Source: an uncultured Chloroflexia bacterium (GTDB lineage Bacteria; Chloroflexota; Limnocylindria; Limnocylindrales; CSP1-4). Taken from it: a stretch of 64,000 bases of DNA. This document shows positions 19,409 through 28,328 of the stretch, one piece after another. Position numbers and translations under genes: made by a program. The stretch lies in NCBI GenBank assembly GCA_963812745.1, contig CAWEWE010000002.1:11277-75276 (forward strand). Direction: 5' to 3'. The notes under the pieces were generated by a model, which was not told the origin of the DNA, ran no database searches, and was given only the letters and a program-made list of their open reading frames with translations. Position 1 is the first letter of the stretch; each line of letters opens with the position of its first letter.

Positions 19409-19966
19409 TCAGCGGCGCGGTGGCGTCAGGGCGAACCGCTCGATGATATCGGGGAGCCAGGCGGGATCGGCGAACGGCATCCCGTAGCGGCCGGCGATCT
19501 CGCCGACCTCGGCCGGGTCGGGTCGACGGACGTCGGTGATCTCGATAAGGTCGCGGAAGAACCGCTCGAACCCGGCCGGGCTGATGACCTCGATCATCCG
19601 CGCGGGCTGTGAACCGGCGTTCCACATCGCATGGACCTGGCCGCGCGGCTTGACGATGTAGCCGCCAGGCCCGAGCACGACTTCCTGGTCCTCCGACCGG
19701 AAGCCGATCTCGCCCTCCAGCACGATGGAATACTCGTCCTCGAGCGTGTGGACGTGCGGCGGGACCAGCGCACCGACGGCGAACGGGTGCTCGACGATCG
19801 AGAGCGCGCCGCCGGTGTCCTCGGCATCGATCTTGAAGACGACGCCGACGCCGGGCGCCAAACCACCGGTTCGGCCCTCGCCGGGTCGGACCACCTTGAG
19901 TCGCGCCCCGACTTCCGCGTGCTGGATCGCCATCGTCGCCTCCTCGTAAATCGAGTGAACAGGCAT
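19409..19966 (-). CDS. Cupin domain protein
   Basis: PPHVHTLEDEYSIVLEGEIGF...YIVKPRGQVHAMWN are cupin motifs. Alternative ATG 19933. Confidence 0.75.
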   Translation of the reverse strand: MPVHSIYEEATMAIQHAEVGARLKVVRPGEGRTGGLAPGVGVVFKIDAEDTGGALSIVEHPFAVGALVPPHVHTLEDEYSIVLEGEIGFRSEDQEVVLGPGGYIVKPRGQVHAMWNAGSQPARMIEVISPAGFERFFRDLIEITDVRRPDPAEVGEIAGRYGMPFADPAWLPDIIERFALTPPRR

Positions 19967-20019
19967 GTATACTGAACGTCGATATAGGGGCTGTCAATAT
20001 CGAGTGGACACAGCGTTCA

Positions 20020-20658
20020 ATGAAATCTAGACCCTATCGAATGGCCCGTCGCGCGGAGCTTGTGGATCAGACCCGCGAGCGCATCACGGCCGCAGCCGCA
20101 CGGCTGCACACGACGATCGGACCCGCGAACACCTCGGTCGCCGCCATCGCCGAGAAGGCCGGCGTCACTCGACTGACCGTGTACCGCCACTTCGCCGACA
20201 TGGATGTGTTGTTCGAGGCGTGCCGGGCCCATTGGCGGGCCGAGAACCCGCCGCCCGACATCAGCGCGTGGACCGAGATCCCCGACCTCGAGACGCGGGC
20301 GCGGACGGCACTGACCCGGCTGTACGGCTGGTTCAGGGAGCACGCCGACGAGCTCTTCCCGATCTATCGCGACTTCTCGTCGATGCCCGCATCGGGGCAG
20401 GAACGGACGCGGGCGGAGAATCGACGCGTCGGCGGGCTGCTGGTCGGGGACGCTGCGTCAGCCGGCGCCACGAGCCGACGCCTTCATGCAGCTGCCCGCC
20501 ATGTCCTCGACTACCGGACCTGGCGGTCGCTCGCAGTCGACCAGGAGCTCGGCGACGCGGATGCGGTCGAGGTCGGGGTCACCTTGCTGACCGCACTCGC
20601 GGAGGCGCAGATCGTGCGCCCGACCGTCAGACCCAGAAGGTGTCGTGGCGGAGCATGA
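20020..20658 (+). CDS. TetR family transcriptional regulator
   Basis: HTH region TRERITAAAARLHTTIGPANTSVAAIAEKAGVTRLTVYRHF. Divergent from a cupin gene. CGATAT-N11-ATATCG lies in the spacer. Confidence 0.85.
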   Translation: MKSRPYRMARRAELVDQTRERITAAAARLHTTIGPANTSVAAIAEKAGVTRLTVYRHFADMDVLFEACRAHWRAENPPPDISAWTEIPDLETRARTALTRLYGWFREHADELFPIYRDFSSMPASGQERTRAENRRVGGLLVGDAASAGATSRRLHAAARHVLDYRTWRSLAVDQELGDADAVEVGVTLLTALAEAQIVRPTVRPRRCRGGA

Positions 20659-21115
20659 ACGCGGCCCGCTCGTCGTCGGTCATCGACTCGCCGTGGGACA
20701 CGCGGGCGAGGGTCTCGAAGTAATCCTCGCGCGGCGCGCCCGGTGTGAACAGGATCAGCATCGAGGCGTCCTCGCCTGACTCGTTCCGGAACCCGTGGAT
20801 GCCACCCTCCGGCACGAACAGGAAGTCGCCGGGCCGACCGTCGATCCAGGTCTTGCCGTCGTACAGCTTGATCGTCCCGGAGATCACGAAGAACGACTCC
20901 GAGATGGAGCGGTGGAAGTGCGGGTCGGGCCCACTCCGGGCCGCCGACATGTTCCAGCGGTACAGGCCGAACTGGCCATTGGTCGACTCGCCGGTCGCCA
21001 GATACTCGGCGGTGCCACCGTTCTTGTTGCGGACCTCGGGCTCGCCGCCCGCGCGGCGAAGCCGCGCGTTGACGAGCCCGGGTTCGCCGTCGTACTTCGG
21101 GGGCGGGTAGCTCAT
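20627..21115 (-). CDS. Cupin domain protein
   Basis: 162 aa from ATG 21115. HFHRSISESFFVISGTIKLY...FLFVPEGGIHGFRN. Confidence 0.75.
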   Translation of the reverse strand: MSYPPPKYDGEPGLVNARLRRAGGEPEVRNKNGGTAEYLATGESTNGQFGLYRWNMSAARSGPDPHFHRSISESFFVISGTIKLYDGKTWIDGRPGDFLFVPEGGIHGFRNESGEDASMLILFTPGAPREDYFETLARVSHGESMTDDERAAFMLRHDTFWV

Positions 21116-21131
21116 CGCGCGAGACGGTCGG

Positions 21132-21524
21132 TCAGTCGGGCGGTTCCTCGTCGCTGTGGACCGCCAGGATGTTCCCTGCGGGATCGCGGAACCAGGCGAT
21201 CGTCGGGCCGCCATTGCCACGGGCGATGCCCTTGTCGTCCTGCTCGAAACCGTCGAAGCGGGCCATCTGGACGCCCGACCGCACCAGATCGTCGACCGCG
21301 GCGTCCACGTCGGGGACCGGGAAGTTCAGCACGGTGTAGGTCGCCGGCACGAAGTCGTCCTTGGAGTAGATCAGGACGCGCTTGTCGCCGCCGAGGCGGA
21401 GCTCGAGCAGCCCGCCGTCATAGAGCTCCCCGATGTCGATGCCGAGAGTCTGGCTGTAGAACTGCTTCTCGGCCGCGATGTCCTTGGCGGCGAAGCTCGA
21501 ATAGGTATTGGTCGTGGGCAACAT
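21132..21524 (-). CDS. VOC (glyoxalase/bleomycin-resistance) family protein
   Basis: 130 aa. FYSQTLGIDIGE...IAWFRDPAGNILAV is the typical VOC fold pattern. Confidence 0.8.
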   Translation of the reverse strand: MLPTTNTYSSFAAKDIAAEKQFYSQTLGIDIGELYDGGLLELRLGGDKRVLIYSKDDFVPATYTVLNFPVPDVDAAVDDLVRSGVQMARFDGFEQDDKGIARGNGGPTIAWFRDPAGNILAVHSDEEPPD

Positions 21525-21686
21525 GAACGACCTCCATCTCGTAGCCGCAGCATGGTATGGCGCCCACCGTTACACCGGCATCAACAGGGTGAGGGGAAGG
21601 TATTGCGGGGCGCCCGGTCGCTCCCTGGCGGAGGATCCCGTACGACGCGCTGGCCCGCGAGCTGGGCGCGATGGGGCTGCTCTGAG

Positions 21687-22244
21687 TCAGCGCGCGCGCC
21701 GATAGTGCATGGCGACCACGCCGCTGCGGAGTGGCTTCGCCGAGACCAGCTCGAGCCGTCGCGTGCTGCTCAGCCCGCTCTGGTACAGGGTCGGGCCGTG
21801 GCCGGCGATCCTGGGGTGGACGAGGAACTTGTACTCGTCGATCAGATCCAGCCGGTCCAGCTCGGTCGCGAGCTTGCCGCTACCGAGGAGCACGCCGGCC
21901 GGGGTCGCGTCCTTGAGCTTCTGCACGCCCGTGCGCAGGTCGCCGGCGAGGTGGTGGCTGTTGGTCCACGGGAAGTCCTTTCGCGTCGACGACACCACGT
22001 ACTTCGGCTTGGCCTCCAGCTTGACCGCCCACTCGCGCATTGCCGGCGGCGCCTCCTCGTCGCCGCGGGCGACCGCCGGCCAGTAGCTCTCCAACATCTC
22101 GTAGGTGACGCGGCCCCACAGCATCGCCCCGCCCTCGTCCATGAGGCCGGTGAAGAAGGCGTGTGTCTCGTCGTCGGCGATTCCCTCCTGGTGGTCGACG
22201 CAGCCGTCCAGGGTGACGTTGATGCTGAAGGTCAAGAGTCCCAT
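21687..22244 (-). CDS. Dihydrofolate reductase family protein (RibD C-terminal domain)
   Basis: FSINVTLDGC...MLWGRVTYEML...LLGSGKLATELDRLDLIDEYKFLVHPRIAGHG. Confidence 0.85.
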   Translation of the reverse strand: MGLLTFSINVTLDGCVDHQEGIADDETHAFFTGLMDEGGAMLWGRVTYEMLESYWPAVARGDEEAPPAMREWAVKLEAKPKYVVSSTRKDFPWTNSHHLAGDLRTGVQKLKDATPAGVLLGSGKLATELDRLDLIDEYKFLVHPRIAGHGPTLYQSGLSSTRRLELVSAKPLRSGVVAMHYRRAR

Positions 22245-22341
22245 GCGGCGAGTCTAGCCATACGATCGCTCGCGGATGTCCGCCTGCGCCCTTCGGTCGA
22301 GACGATCCTCCGCCTGACCCCGGCGGTGATGCGCGGCTTGG

Positions 22342-23466
22342 TCAGCCTTCGGTGACCACGACCAGCTTGTCCACCGCCGACTCGGCACCCCACAGCTCGC
22401 CGGGGCGACCGAGCAGCTGGCGCACTGCCGCACCCGGGCTCGGCAGTTCGATCGCGTCGAACCGCTCGGTCGAGGGGTCGAACCTGACGATCGCGTTGGC
22501 ACCGAAGTCGGTCAGCCACACGATGTCGCGCTCGTCGACATAGACGGCGTAGGCCTGCGGGCCGCCGCCGGGTAGCTTCCATTCCTCCCACGCCCCGGTC
22601 GCTGGATCGTGGACGCCCACCTGACCGGCATCCCACTCCGCGACCCAGATCCGACCGGTCGAGTCGGACCAGACGCGACGGGCACCCTGCCCACTGGTCG
22701 GGGGCTCGACGATCCGCGCATCGCCGGTCGCTCGGTCGATATGGGCGATGTGGCTCCCGGCGAGCGACGCGTACCAGATCTCGCCGGCCGGCGTGGCCGT
22801 GATGCCGTACGGGCCGCGACCGTCCGGGTCATCGAAGACGGCCATCTCGCCGCTTTTCGGATCGAGTCGGCCGTAGACGCCCGTCTGACCCGTGAACCAC
22901 AGCATGCCGTCGCCGTCGAATGCGGCGGTATTGAGGTTCGCGCCCGATCGGTCCGCCGGGAGCGGGAATGCCTTGACCTCGTCAGTCGCGGGGTCCACCC
23001 GGACGATCGCGTTGCGCCCGCCGTCGGTGATCCACGCGGCTCCGTCAGGCCCGACGATAACGCCGTGCGGTGCCGATCCACTACCGAGTGGGATCTCGCG
23101 GATCGTGCCGGTCGCCGGATCGAGGTGCCCGAGCGTGCCGACGTGCTGGCCCGTGTACCAGACGCCGCCATCGGCGGCGGGCGCGACGTCATGCGGATGC
23201 GACCCAGCAGGGACGTCGAACTCGCGGATGGCGAGCGTCGGCACCCGCGCGGGACCGGAGGCCGACGGTGCCTGGGATGTGGCCGGTGGCGCGCTAGCAG
23301 GCGAGATCGTGCTTGGCGCGGCGCTCGGGCTACCGGCGGGCGCGCAAGCCGTCACGGCCACGAGGGTGATGGTGGCGATCACTCCGAGTCGACGCACCCC
23401 GGCAGTCTGCCCGGAAGTCGCGATCCTCGTCGTCCCGGGCATGAAGAAGCCGAGCGTCGCCTGCAT
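22342..23466 (-). CDS. Lipoprotein, Vgb (virginiamycin B lyase)-like beta-propeller
   Basis: Lipobox LVAVTA-C. Repeated GPDGAAWITDGGRNAIVRVDPATxE-type blades. Alternative ATG 23442. Confidence 0.75.
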   Translation of the reverse strand: MQATLGFFMPGTTRIATSGQTAGVRRLGVIATITLVAVTACAPAGSPSAAPSTISPASAPPATSQAPSASGPARVPTLAIREFDVPAGSHPHDVAPAADGGVWYTGQHVGTLGHLDPATGTIREIPLGSGSAPHGVIVGPDGAAWITDGGRNAIVRVDPATDEVKAFPLPADRSGANLNTAAFDGDGMLWFTGQTGVYGRLDPKSGEMAVFDDPDGRGPYGITATPAGEIWYASLAGSHIAHIDRATGDARIVEPPTSGQGARRVWSDSTGRIWVAEWDAGQVGVHDPATGAWEEWKLPGGGPQAYAVYVDERDIVWLTDFGANAIVRFDPSTERFDAIELPSPGAAVRQLLGRPGELWGAESAVDKLVVVTEG

Positions 23467-23497
23467 CGACGCTCGGCTCGAGGTCGGGTTGCTGGGA

Positions 23498-23626
23498 CTA
23501 GGCGATCGTCGAGCGGTGCCAGTCGTCCCCGATCCGGTCGCGCGAGTCTGTGCCCGTGCGGAGCGCCGCGACGTCGAGGAGGACCAGGCTGCCCAGGACC
23601 GTGACGATGATCGTGAGGAGCTCCAT
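23498..23626 (-). CDS. Unannotated 42-aa membrane micropeptide (DSR-motif peptide, copy 1)
   Basis: MELLTIIVTVLGSLVLLDVAALRTGTDSRDRIGDDWHRSTIA. RBS AAGGAG 6 nt upstream of ATG 23626. Homologous to the peptide at 51822..51971. Below the 60-aa cutoff of the ORF track. Confidence 0.55.
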   Translation of the reverse strand: MELLTIIVTVLGSLVLLDVAALRTGTDSRDRIGDDWHRSTIA

Positions 23627-23710
23627 CTCGATCTCCTTTGCTGTCGATGGCTTCTTGGTTCGATGCCACCATGGTGACGTCAGACTGGTCATCTGATAAG
23701 GTCCGCTTCG

Positions 23711-25118
23711 ATGCCCAGAACGAGGACCAGATTCCCGACGGAGCTGCTGGTCGAGCTCCGTAGGGACGATCCCCTGCCCCTCCATCAACAGCTCGAGCAG
23801 GAGCTGCGCGGCGCGATCCGGCTGGGGCGGCTGGCACCCGACTCGGCGCTCCCGTCGACGCGCGTCCTCGCCGAACAACTCGACCTGTCGCGTGGCGTCG
23901 TGGTCGAGGCGTACGAGCAGCTCGTGGCGGAGGGCTACTTCACGAGCCTGCCCGGTGGCGCGACACGGGTCGCCACGCGCGCCACCGTCGCGGCACCCGA
24001 GCGCCCGGCACCCACGGTCGCGCCCGAGATCCGGATCAACTTCGCGTATGGCCGCCCGGACGTGTCGCAGTTCCCGCGCCAGGCCTGGCTCCGGTCGATG
24101 CGGCGGGTGCTCATCGAGGCGCCCAACGACCGACTGACCTACCTGGACCGACGAGGCGCCGAGGAACTCCGCGAGGCGCTCGCGGCGTACCTCAACCGAG
24201 TGCGCGGCACGGCCGCGAATGCCGAGCGAATCGTGATCTGCAACGGCTTCGCCCAGGCCATCGACCTCATCGCGCAGCTGGTCAAGGCCCGCGGCGGTCG
24301 ACGGATCGCGGTCGAAGATCCGGGCGACGCCGACGGCCGGGTGGCGGTGCATCGACATGGGCTCGAGACGGTCCCGATCCCGGTCGATGCGGGTGGCATC
24401 TCGATCGAGGCGCTCCGCCGATCGGCGGCCGACGCGGCGTTCCTGACGCCGGCGCACCACTACCCGACCGGCGCGGTGATGGCGCCAGATCGCCGGGCCG
24501 ACCTGCTGGCGTGGGCCGACGAGCGCGGCGCGTTGATCCTCGAGGACGACTACGACGCGGAGTACCGCTACGACCGCGAGCCGATCGGCGCGATCCACGG
24601 CCTGGCGCCGGAGCGCGTCATCTACGCGGGATCTGCCAGCAAGACGCTCGCTCCCGGCCTCCGGCTCGGCTGGATGATCGTGCCGGCCGAGCACATCGAT
24701 GCGGTCGGGGCGCTGAAGGATGCCAACGACCGTGGATCATCGAGCCTCGACCAGCTGGCGTTCGCCGACTTCCTGTCGCGCGGCGAGTTCGACCGGCACC
24801 TGCGGCGCATGCGCCCGATCTACCGGGAGCGCCGCGACGTCCTGCTCGAGGCGCTTGGCCCGCCACCTGCCGGGTCTCCGGCCGACCGGTGCATCGGCCG
24901 GGCTCCACGTCATGGCCCGACTGCCCGACGGCGTCGATGAGGCGTCGCTCATCGACGCTGCTCTGGCGCGCGGCGTCAAGATGACAGGGCTAGCCCACAC
25001 CTACCACGATGCGGGCAAGGCCCAGGGTGGCCTGATCATCGGCTACGGCGCCGTGACCCCGACCGAGATCCATCAGGGCGTGCAGCTCGTGGCCGAGGCA
25101 CTCGCGACGCTCGCCTGA
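23711..25118 (+). pseudogene. MocR-family regulator (GntR HTH + PLP aminotransferase-like domain) with an apparent +1 frameshift at about 24854-24858
   Basis: N-terminus PLHQQLEQELRGAIRLGRLAPDSALPSTRVLAEQLDLSRGVVVEAYEQLVAEGY is in ORF 23711..24940. The C-terminal ARHLPGLRPTGASAGLHVMARLPDGVD... is in ORF 24720..25118. Removing one g of cttGGcc restores ...VLLEALARHLPG.... Span length is 1 mod 3. Confidence 0.8.
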
Positions 25119-25126
25119 GCACGGAT

Positions 25127-25156
25127 GCGCCCCGAGCCTGTGGAGGCCCGGGGCGC
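25127..25156. terminator. Hairpin between convergent genes (8-bp GC stem)
   Basis: gcgccccg-N14-cggggcgc read directly between the MocR stop (25118) and the hydrolase stop (25179). Confidence 0.35.
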
Positions 25157-25178
25157 GGAGAATCTGCGAACGGTGGGG

Positions 25179-25970
25179 TCAGCGGCCGAAGAACTCGGCC
25201 AGGGCCGGGCCCAGGACCGCCGGATCGACGTTGTGCTCCTGGCCTTCGAGCGTCTTGACCTCGGCGCCGGGGAGCGCCGCGGCGATCGCCTGCGCGGTCG
25301 GACCGAAGAAGTCGAAGCTGGCTCCCCCGACCAGCACGATGGTCGGCACGGTCACGCGCTTGATCGCGTCGACCGGCAACGAGTAGTCGCCCATGATCTC
25401 GGCGTCGTAGGCAAGGGTGTGGGCAAGGGCCTCCTGCCACGGCCACCACGGCTGCGTCCTCGCCGAGGCGACGAATTCGTCAGGCATCCCGACGACCTTT
25501 GACATGAAGTACTCGACCGCGTCGCCGCGGCGGTCCTGGGCGACCAGCTCCCGATACGTCGTGGCCGTGTCGGCCGGCGGCCGACGGGTCTCGTCGAGGA
25601 TCCAGGGCGGCTCCCACATCGCGAGCTTGGTGACCGGCGAGCCGGCTGCCGTCGCCAGCAACGCGAGCGCCGCACCCGACGACGAGCCGTACAGGCCGGC
25701 CGAGCCACCGGCGGCGCCGATGACGGCGTCGATGTCCTCGATCTCGCGTTCGATCGCGTAGGGCTGCGAGTCGCTCGACGGCCCCCGGCCGCGGCGGTCG
25801 TAGTTGTAGACCGTGAACTGGCCGGCGAGCTGGTCGGCCAGCCCGGCGTTCGAGGAGCGATCGACCGAGCCGCCGCTCACCAGGACGACGGGCGGACCGT
25901 CACCGAGTCGGTCGTAGGCGATCGTGGTGCCGTCCTTGGATGTGACGTACTCGAGCGTGGTGGGGTTCAT
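25179..25970 (-). CDS. Alpha/beta hydrolase
   Basis: 263 aa. VVLVSGG...nucleophile elbow GSSSGA...typical alpha/beta-fold order. Confidence 0.85.
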   Translation of the reverse strand: MNPTTLEYVTSKDGTTIAYDRLGDGPPVVLVSGGSVDRSSNAGLADQLAGQFTVYNYDRRGRGPSSDSQPYAIEREIEDIDAVIGAAGGSAGLYGSSSGAALALLATAAGSPVTKLAMWEPPWILDETRRPPADTATTYRELVAQDRRGDAVEYFMSKVVGMPDEFVASARTQPWWPWQEALAHTLAYDAEIMGDYSLPVDAIKRVTVPTIVLVGGASFDFFGPTAQAIAAALPGAEVKTLEGQEHNVDPAVLGPALAEFFGR

Positions 25971-26013
25971 CGGGTCCTCCTTGTCGTCGACGTCGATTCT
26001 CGTCGATACGCTG

Positions 26014-26559
26014 TCAGTCGGCCGGCGCGTAGGTCATCGCCTGGACGCCGGTCGTGAATGTCTTGGCCTCGATGAGGCGGAGCGGGATGGGTTGGTCCTC
26101 GGCTTCGAAGAGCCGCTTGCCGTGCCCGACGACGATCGGGTGGACGAGCAGCCGGAGCTCGTCGAGGAGGCCGGCTCGCAACAGCGAGCGGACGAGGGTC
26201 GGGCTACCGGTGATGGAGATGTCCTTCCCGGGCTGCTCCTTCAGCGCCGTCACGGCCTCGATGACGTCGCCGCTGACGATGGTCGTGGGTCCCCAGTCGA
26301 CGCTGGTGAGGGTCGTCGAGACGAGCACCTTCGGCGTGCTGTTGATGACGTCGGCGAACGGCACGTCGCTGCCCTGCTGCGGCCAGAAGCCGGCGAACTC
26401 CTCGAAGGTGTTCCGGCCGAACAGCATCGTGTCGGCGCCGTCCGCCTGGGCAGCGACCGCCTCGCCCATCTCGTCATTGAAGTACGGGAAGTGCCAGTCC
26501 TGCGGGGCCTCGACGACGCCGTCGAGGGAGATGAACAGGCCGGCGATGATCTTGCGCAT
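26014..26559 (-). CDS. Dihydrofolate reductase family protein (RibD C-terminal domain)
   Basis: 181 aa from ATG 26559 (RBS AAGGAG). MRKIIAGLFISLDGVVE...MLFGRNTFEEF...ISITGSPTLVRSLLRAGLLDELRLLVHPIVVGHGKRLF. It is the real tail of the spurious 814-aa track ORF. Confidence 0.85.
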   Translation of the reverse strand: MRKIIAGLFISLDGVVEAPQDWHFPYFNDEMGEAVAAQADGADTMLFGRNTFEEFAGFWPQQGSDVPFADVINSTPKVLVSTTLTSVDWGPTTIVSGDVIEAVTALKEQPGKDISITGSPTLVRSLLRAGLLDELRLLVHPIVVGHGKRLFEAEDQPIPLRLIEAKTFTTGVQAMTYAPAD

Positions 26560-26632
26560 CCGTTGTGCTCCTTGTGATCGGTGGTCGGTCCCGTGAGGGC
26601 CGTCACCATGCAGTCGGAGCCGACAGCCGGTT

Positions 26633-26662
26633 CTCGACATCGATGTCGCAGAAAATGTCGAG
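26633..26662. promoter_or_regulatory. Nested inverted repeats upstream of the YciI-sigma operon
   Basis: CTCGACAT-N14-ATGTCGAG, with an internal perfect 12-bp palindrome GACATCGATGTC (26636-26647). Located 70-100 nt upstream of GTG 26732. Confidence 0.3.
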
Positions 26663-26731
26663 ACCCGCTCGGCGGCCACGACATCCCTCTGACGGGCCGA
26701 CGAGCGGCCCGCGCGCGCAAGGAGCCACCAC

Positions 26732-27082
26732 GTGAAGTACGTGCTCTTGATCCATTCCGACATGGCGTTCTGGGACTCCCTCCCGAAGGAGGAGATGGAT
26801 CGCGTGATCGGCAACCACTTCAAGCTGATGGATGAGCTGAAGGCATCCGGTGAGCTGATCCGCGTCGACGGCCTTGCCCACGAGCGCGCGTTCGTCTCGT
26901 TCCGGGACGGCGTTCCCGCGGTCACCGACGGACCGTTCGGCGAGGTCAAGGAGCAGTTGGCCGGCCTGTTCGTGGTCGATGTCGACAGCTTCGAGCGCGC
27001 CAAGGAGGTGGCCGGCCCGATCTCCGAGTACGGCGTCGTCGAGATCCGGGCGCTCATGGAGGACGCCGGGACGGAGATGTGA
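26732..27082 (+). CDS. YciI family protein (DGPF domain)
   Basis: MKYVLLIH...VTDGPFGEVKEQLAGLFVVDVDSFERAKEVA. GTGA overlap with the downstream sigma factor, which is the usual pairing. Confidence 0.85.
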   Translation: MKYVLLIHSDMAFWDSLPKEEMDRVIGNHFKLMDELKASGELIRVDGLAHERAFVSFRDGVPAVTDGPFGEVKEQLAGLFVVDVDSFERAKEVAGPISEYGVVEIRALMEDAGTEM

Positions 27083-28326
27083 CGACCGATCTGGCGATCG
27101 AGGACCTGCTCCGGCAGCTCGCGCCGCAGGTCCTGGCGGCACTGACCCGGCGCAACGGCCAGTTCGACCTGTGCGAGGACGCCGTCCAGGAGGCACTCCT
27201 GGCAGCCGCGCAGCAGTGGCCGACCGACGGCATCCCGGACAACCCGCGCGGCTGGCTGATCACGGTCGCCTCGCGTCGGCTGCTCGACCAGCTGCGTGGC
27301 GACAGCGCGCGGCAGCGGCGCGAGACGGCCGCGATCGCGCTGATGCCACCCGAGGCGTGGCAGGTGCCGGCGCCGGACATCGACGCGCTTCCGGAGCATG
27401 AGGACGACGCGCTCACGCTGTTGTTCCTGTGCTGCCACCCGTCGCTCTCGCCGGCGTCGCAACTCGCACTGACGCTGCGGGCGGTCGGCGGCCTGACGAC
27501 GGCCCAGATCGCGGCGGCGTTCTTCGTGCCGGAGGCGACGATGGCGCAGCGCATCAGCCGGGCGAAGGCCACGATCAAGGCTGCCGGGGCCAGGTTCGAG
27601 TTGCCGCCCGACGCCGAACGCGCCGACCGCCTCCGGGTGGTCCTGCACGTGCTCTACCTGATGTTCAACGAGGGCTACACGGCGTCGTCCGGCGAGGACC
27701 TGCAGCGACCAGAGCTCGCCGCCGAGGCGATCCGGCTGACGCGCGACCTGCGGCAGCGACTCCCCGGTGACGCCGAGGTTGCCGGGCTGCTGGCACTCAT
27801 GCTGCTGACCGATGCGCGACGTGCCGCACGGACGTTGCCCGACGGCAGTCTCGTGCCGCTCGCCGAGCAAGATCGCTCGCGCTGGGATCCCGCCCTCATC
27901 CGGGAGGGCGTCGACCTCATCACTGCGACCCTGCCGCTCGGCGCGATCGGTCCGTACCAGCTCCAGGCGTCGATCGCCGCGATCCACGACGAGGCGGCCC
28001 GGGCCGAGGACACCGACTGGCCCCAGATCCTCAGCCTCTATCGGCTCCTCGAGCAGCTGGCATCGAACCCGATGATCACGCTCAATCACGCCGTCGCGGC
28101 GGCGATGGTCAACGGGCCGGCGTCCGGGCTGCGGATGCTCGCCGCGCTCGACGACGACGAGCGGATCGCCGGGCATCACCGGCTCGAAGCTGTGCGTGGG
28201 CACCTGCTCGAAATGGCCGGCGAGCGCGACGCCGCACGAGCCGCCTATCGACTGGCGGCGCGACGCACGAGTAGCCTGCCCGAGCGACGCTACCTGGAAG
28301 GAAAGGCCGCCCGGCTCGCGACCTAA
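27079..28326 (+). CDS. RNA polymerase sigma factor (ECF-like, with long C-terminal extension; YciI-associated type)
   Basis: 415 aa. Region 2 CEDAVQEALLAAAQQWP...NPRGWLITVASRRLLDQLR, region 4 ALTLRAVGGLTTAQIAAAFFVPEATMAQRISRAK, and a TPR-like C-terminal part. Confidence 0.85.
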   Translation: MTTDLAIEDLLRQLAPQVLAALTRRNGQFDLCEDAVQEALLAAAQQWPTDGIPDNPRGWLITVASRRLLDQLRGDSARQRRETAAIALMPPEAWQVPAPDIDALPEHEDDALTLLFLCCHPSLSPASQLALTLRAVGGLTTAQIAAAFFVPEATMAQRISRAKATIKAAGARFELPPDAERADRLRVVLHVLYLMFNEGYTASSGEDLQRPELAAEAIRLTRDLRQRLPGDAEVAGLLALMLLTDARRAARTLPDGSLVPLAEQDRSRWDPALIREGVDLITATLPLGAIGPYQLQASIAAIHDEAARAEDTDWPQILSLYRLLEQLASNPMITLNHAVAAAMVNGPASGLRMLAALDDDERIAGHHRLEAVRGHLLEMAGERDAARAAYRLAARRTSSLPERRYLEGKAARLAT

Positions 28327-28328
28327 GG

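Noticed and set aside
23498-24694. 398-aa minus-strand ORF opposite the MocR gene
   Set aside because: It is a shadow ORF. Only the terminal 42 codons (micropeptide with its own RBS) are kept.
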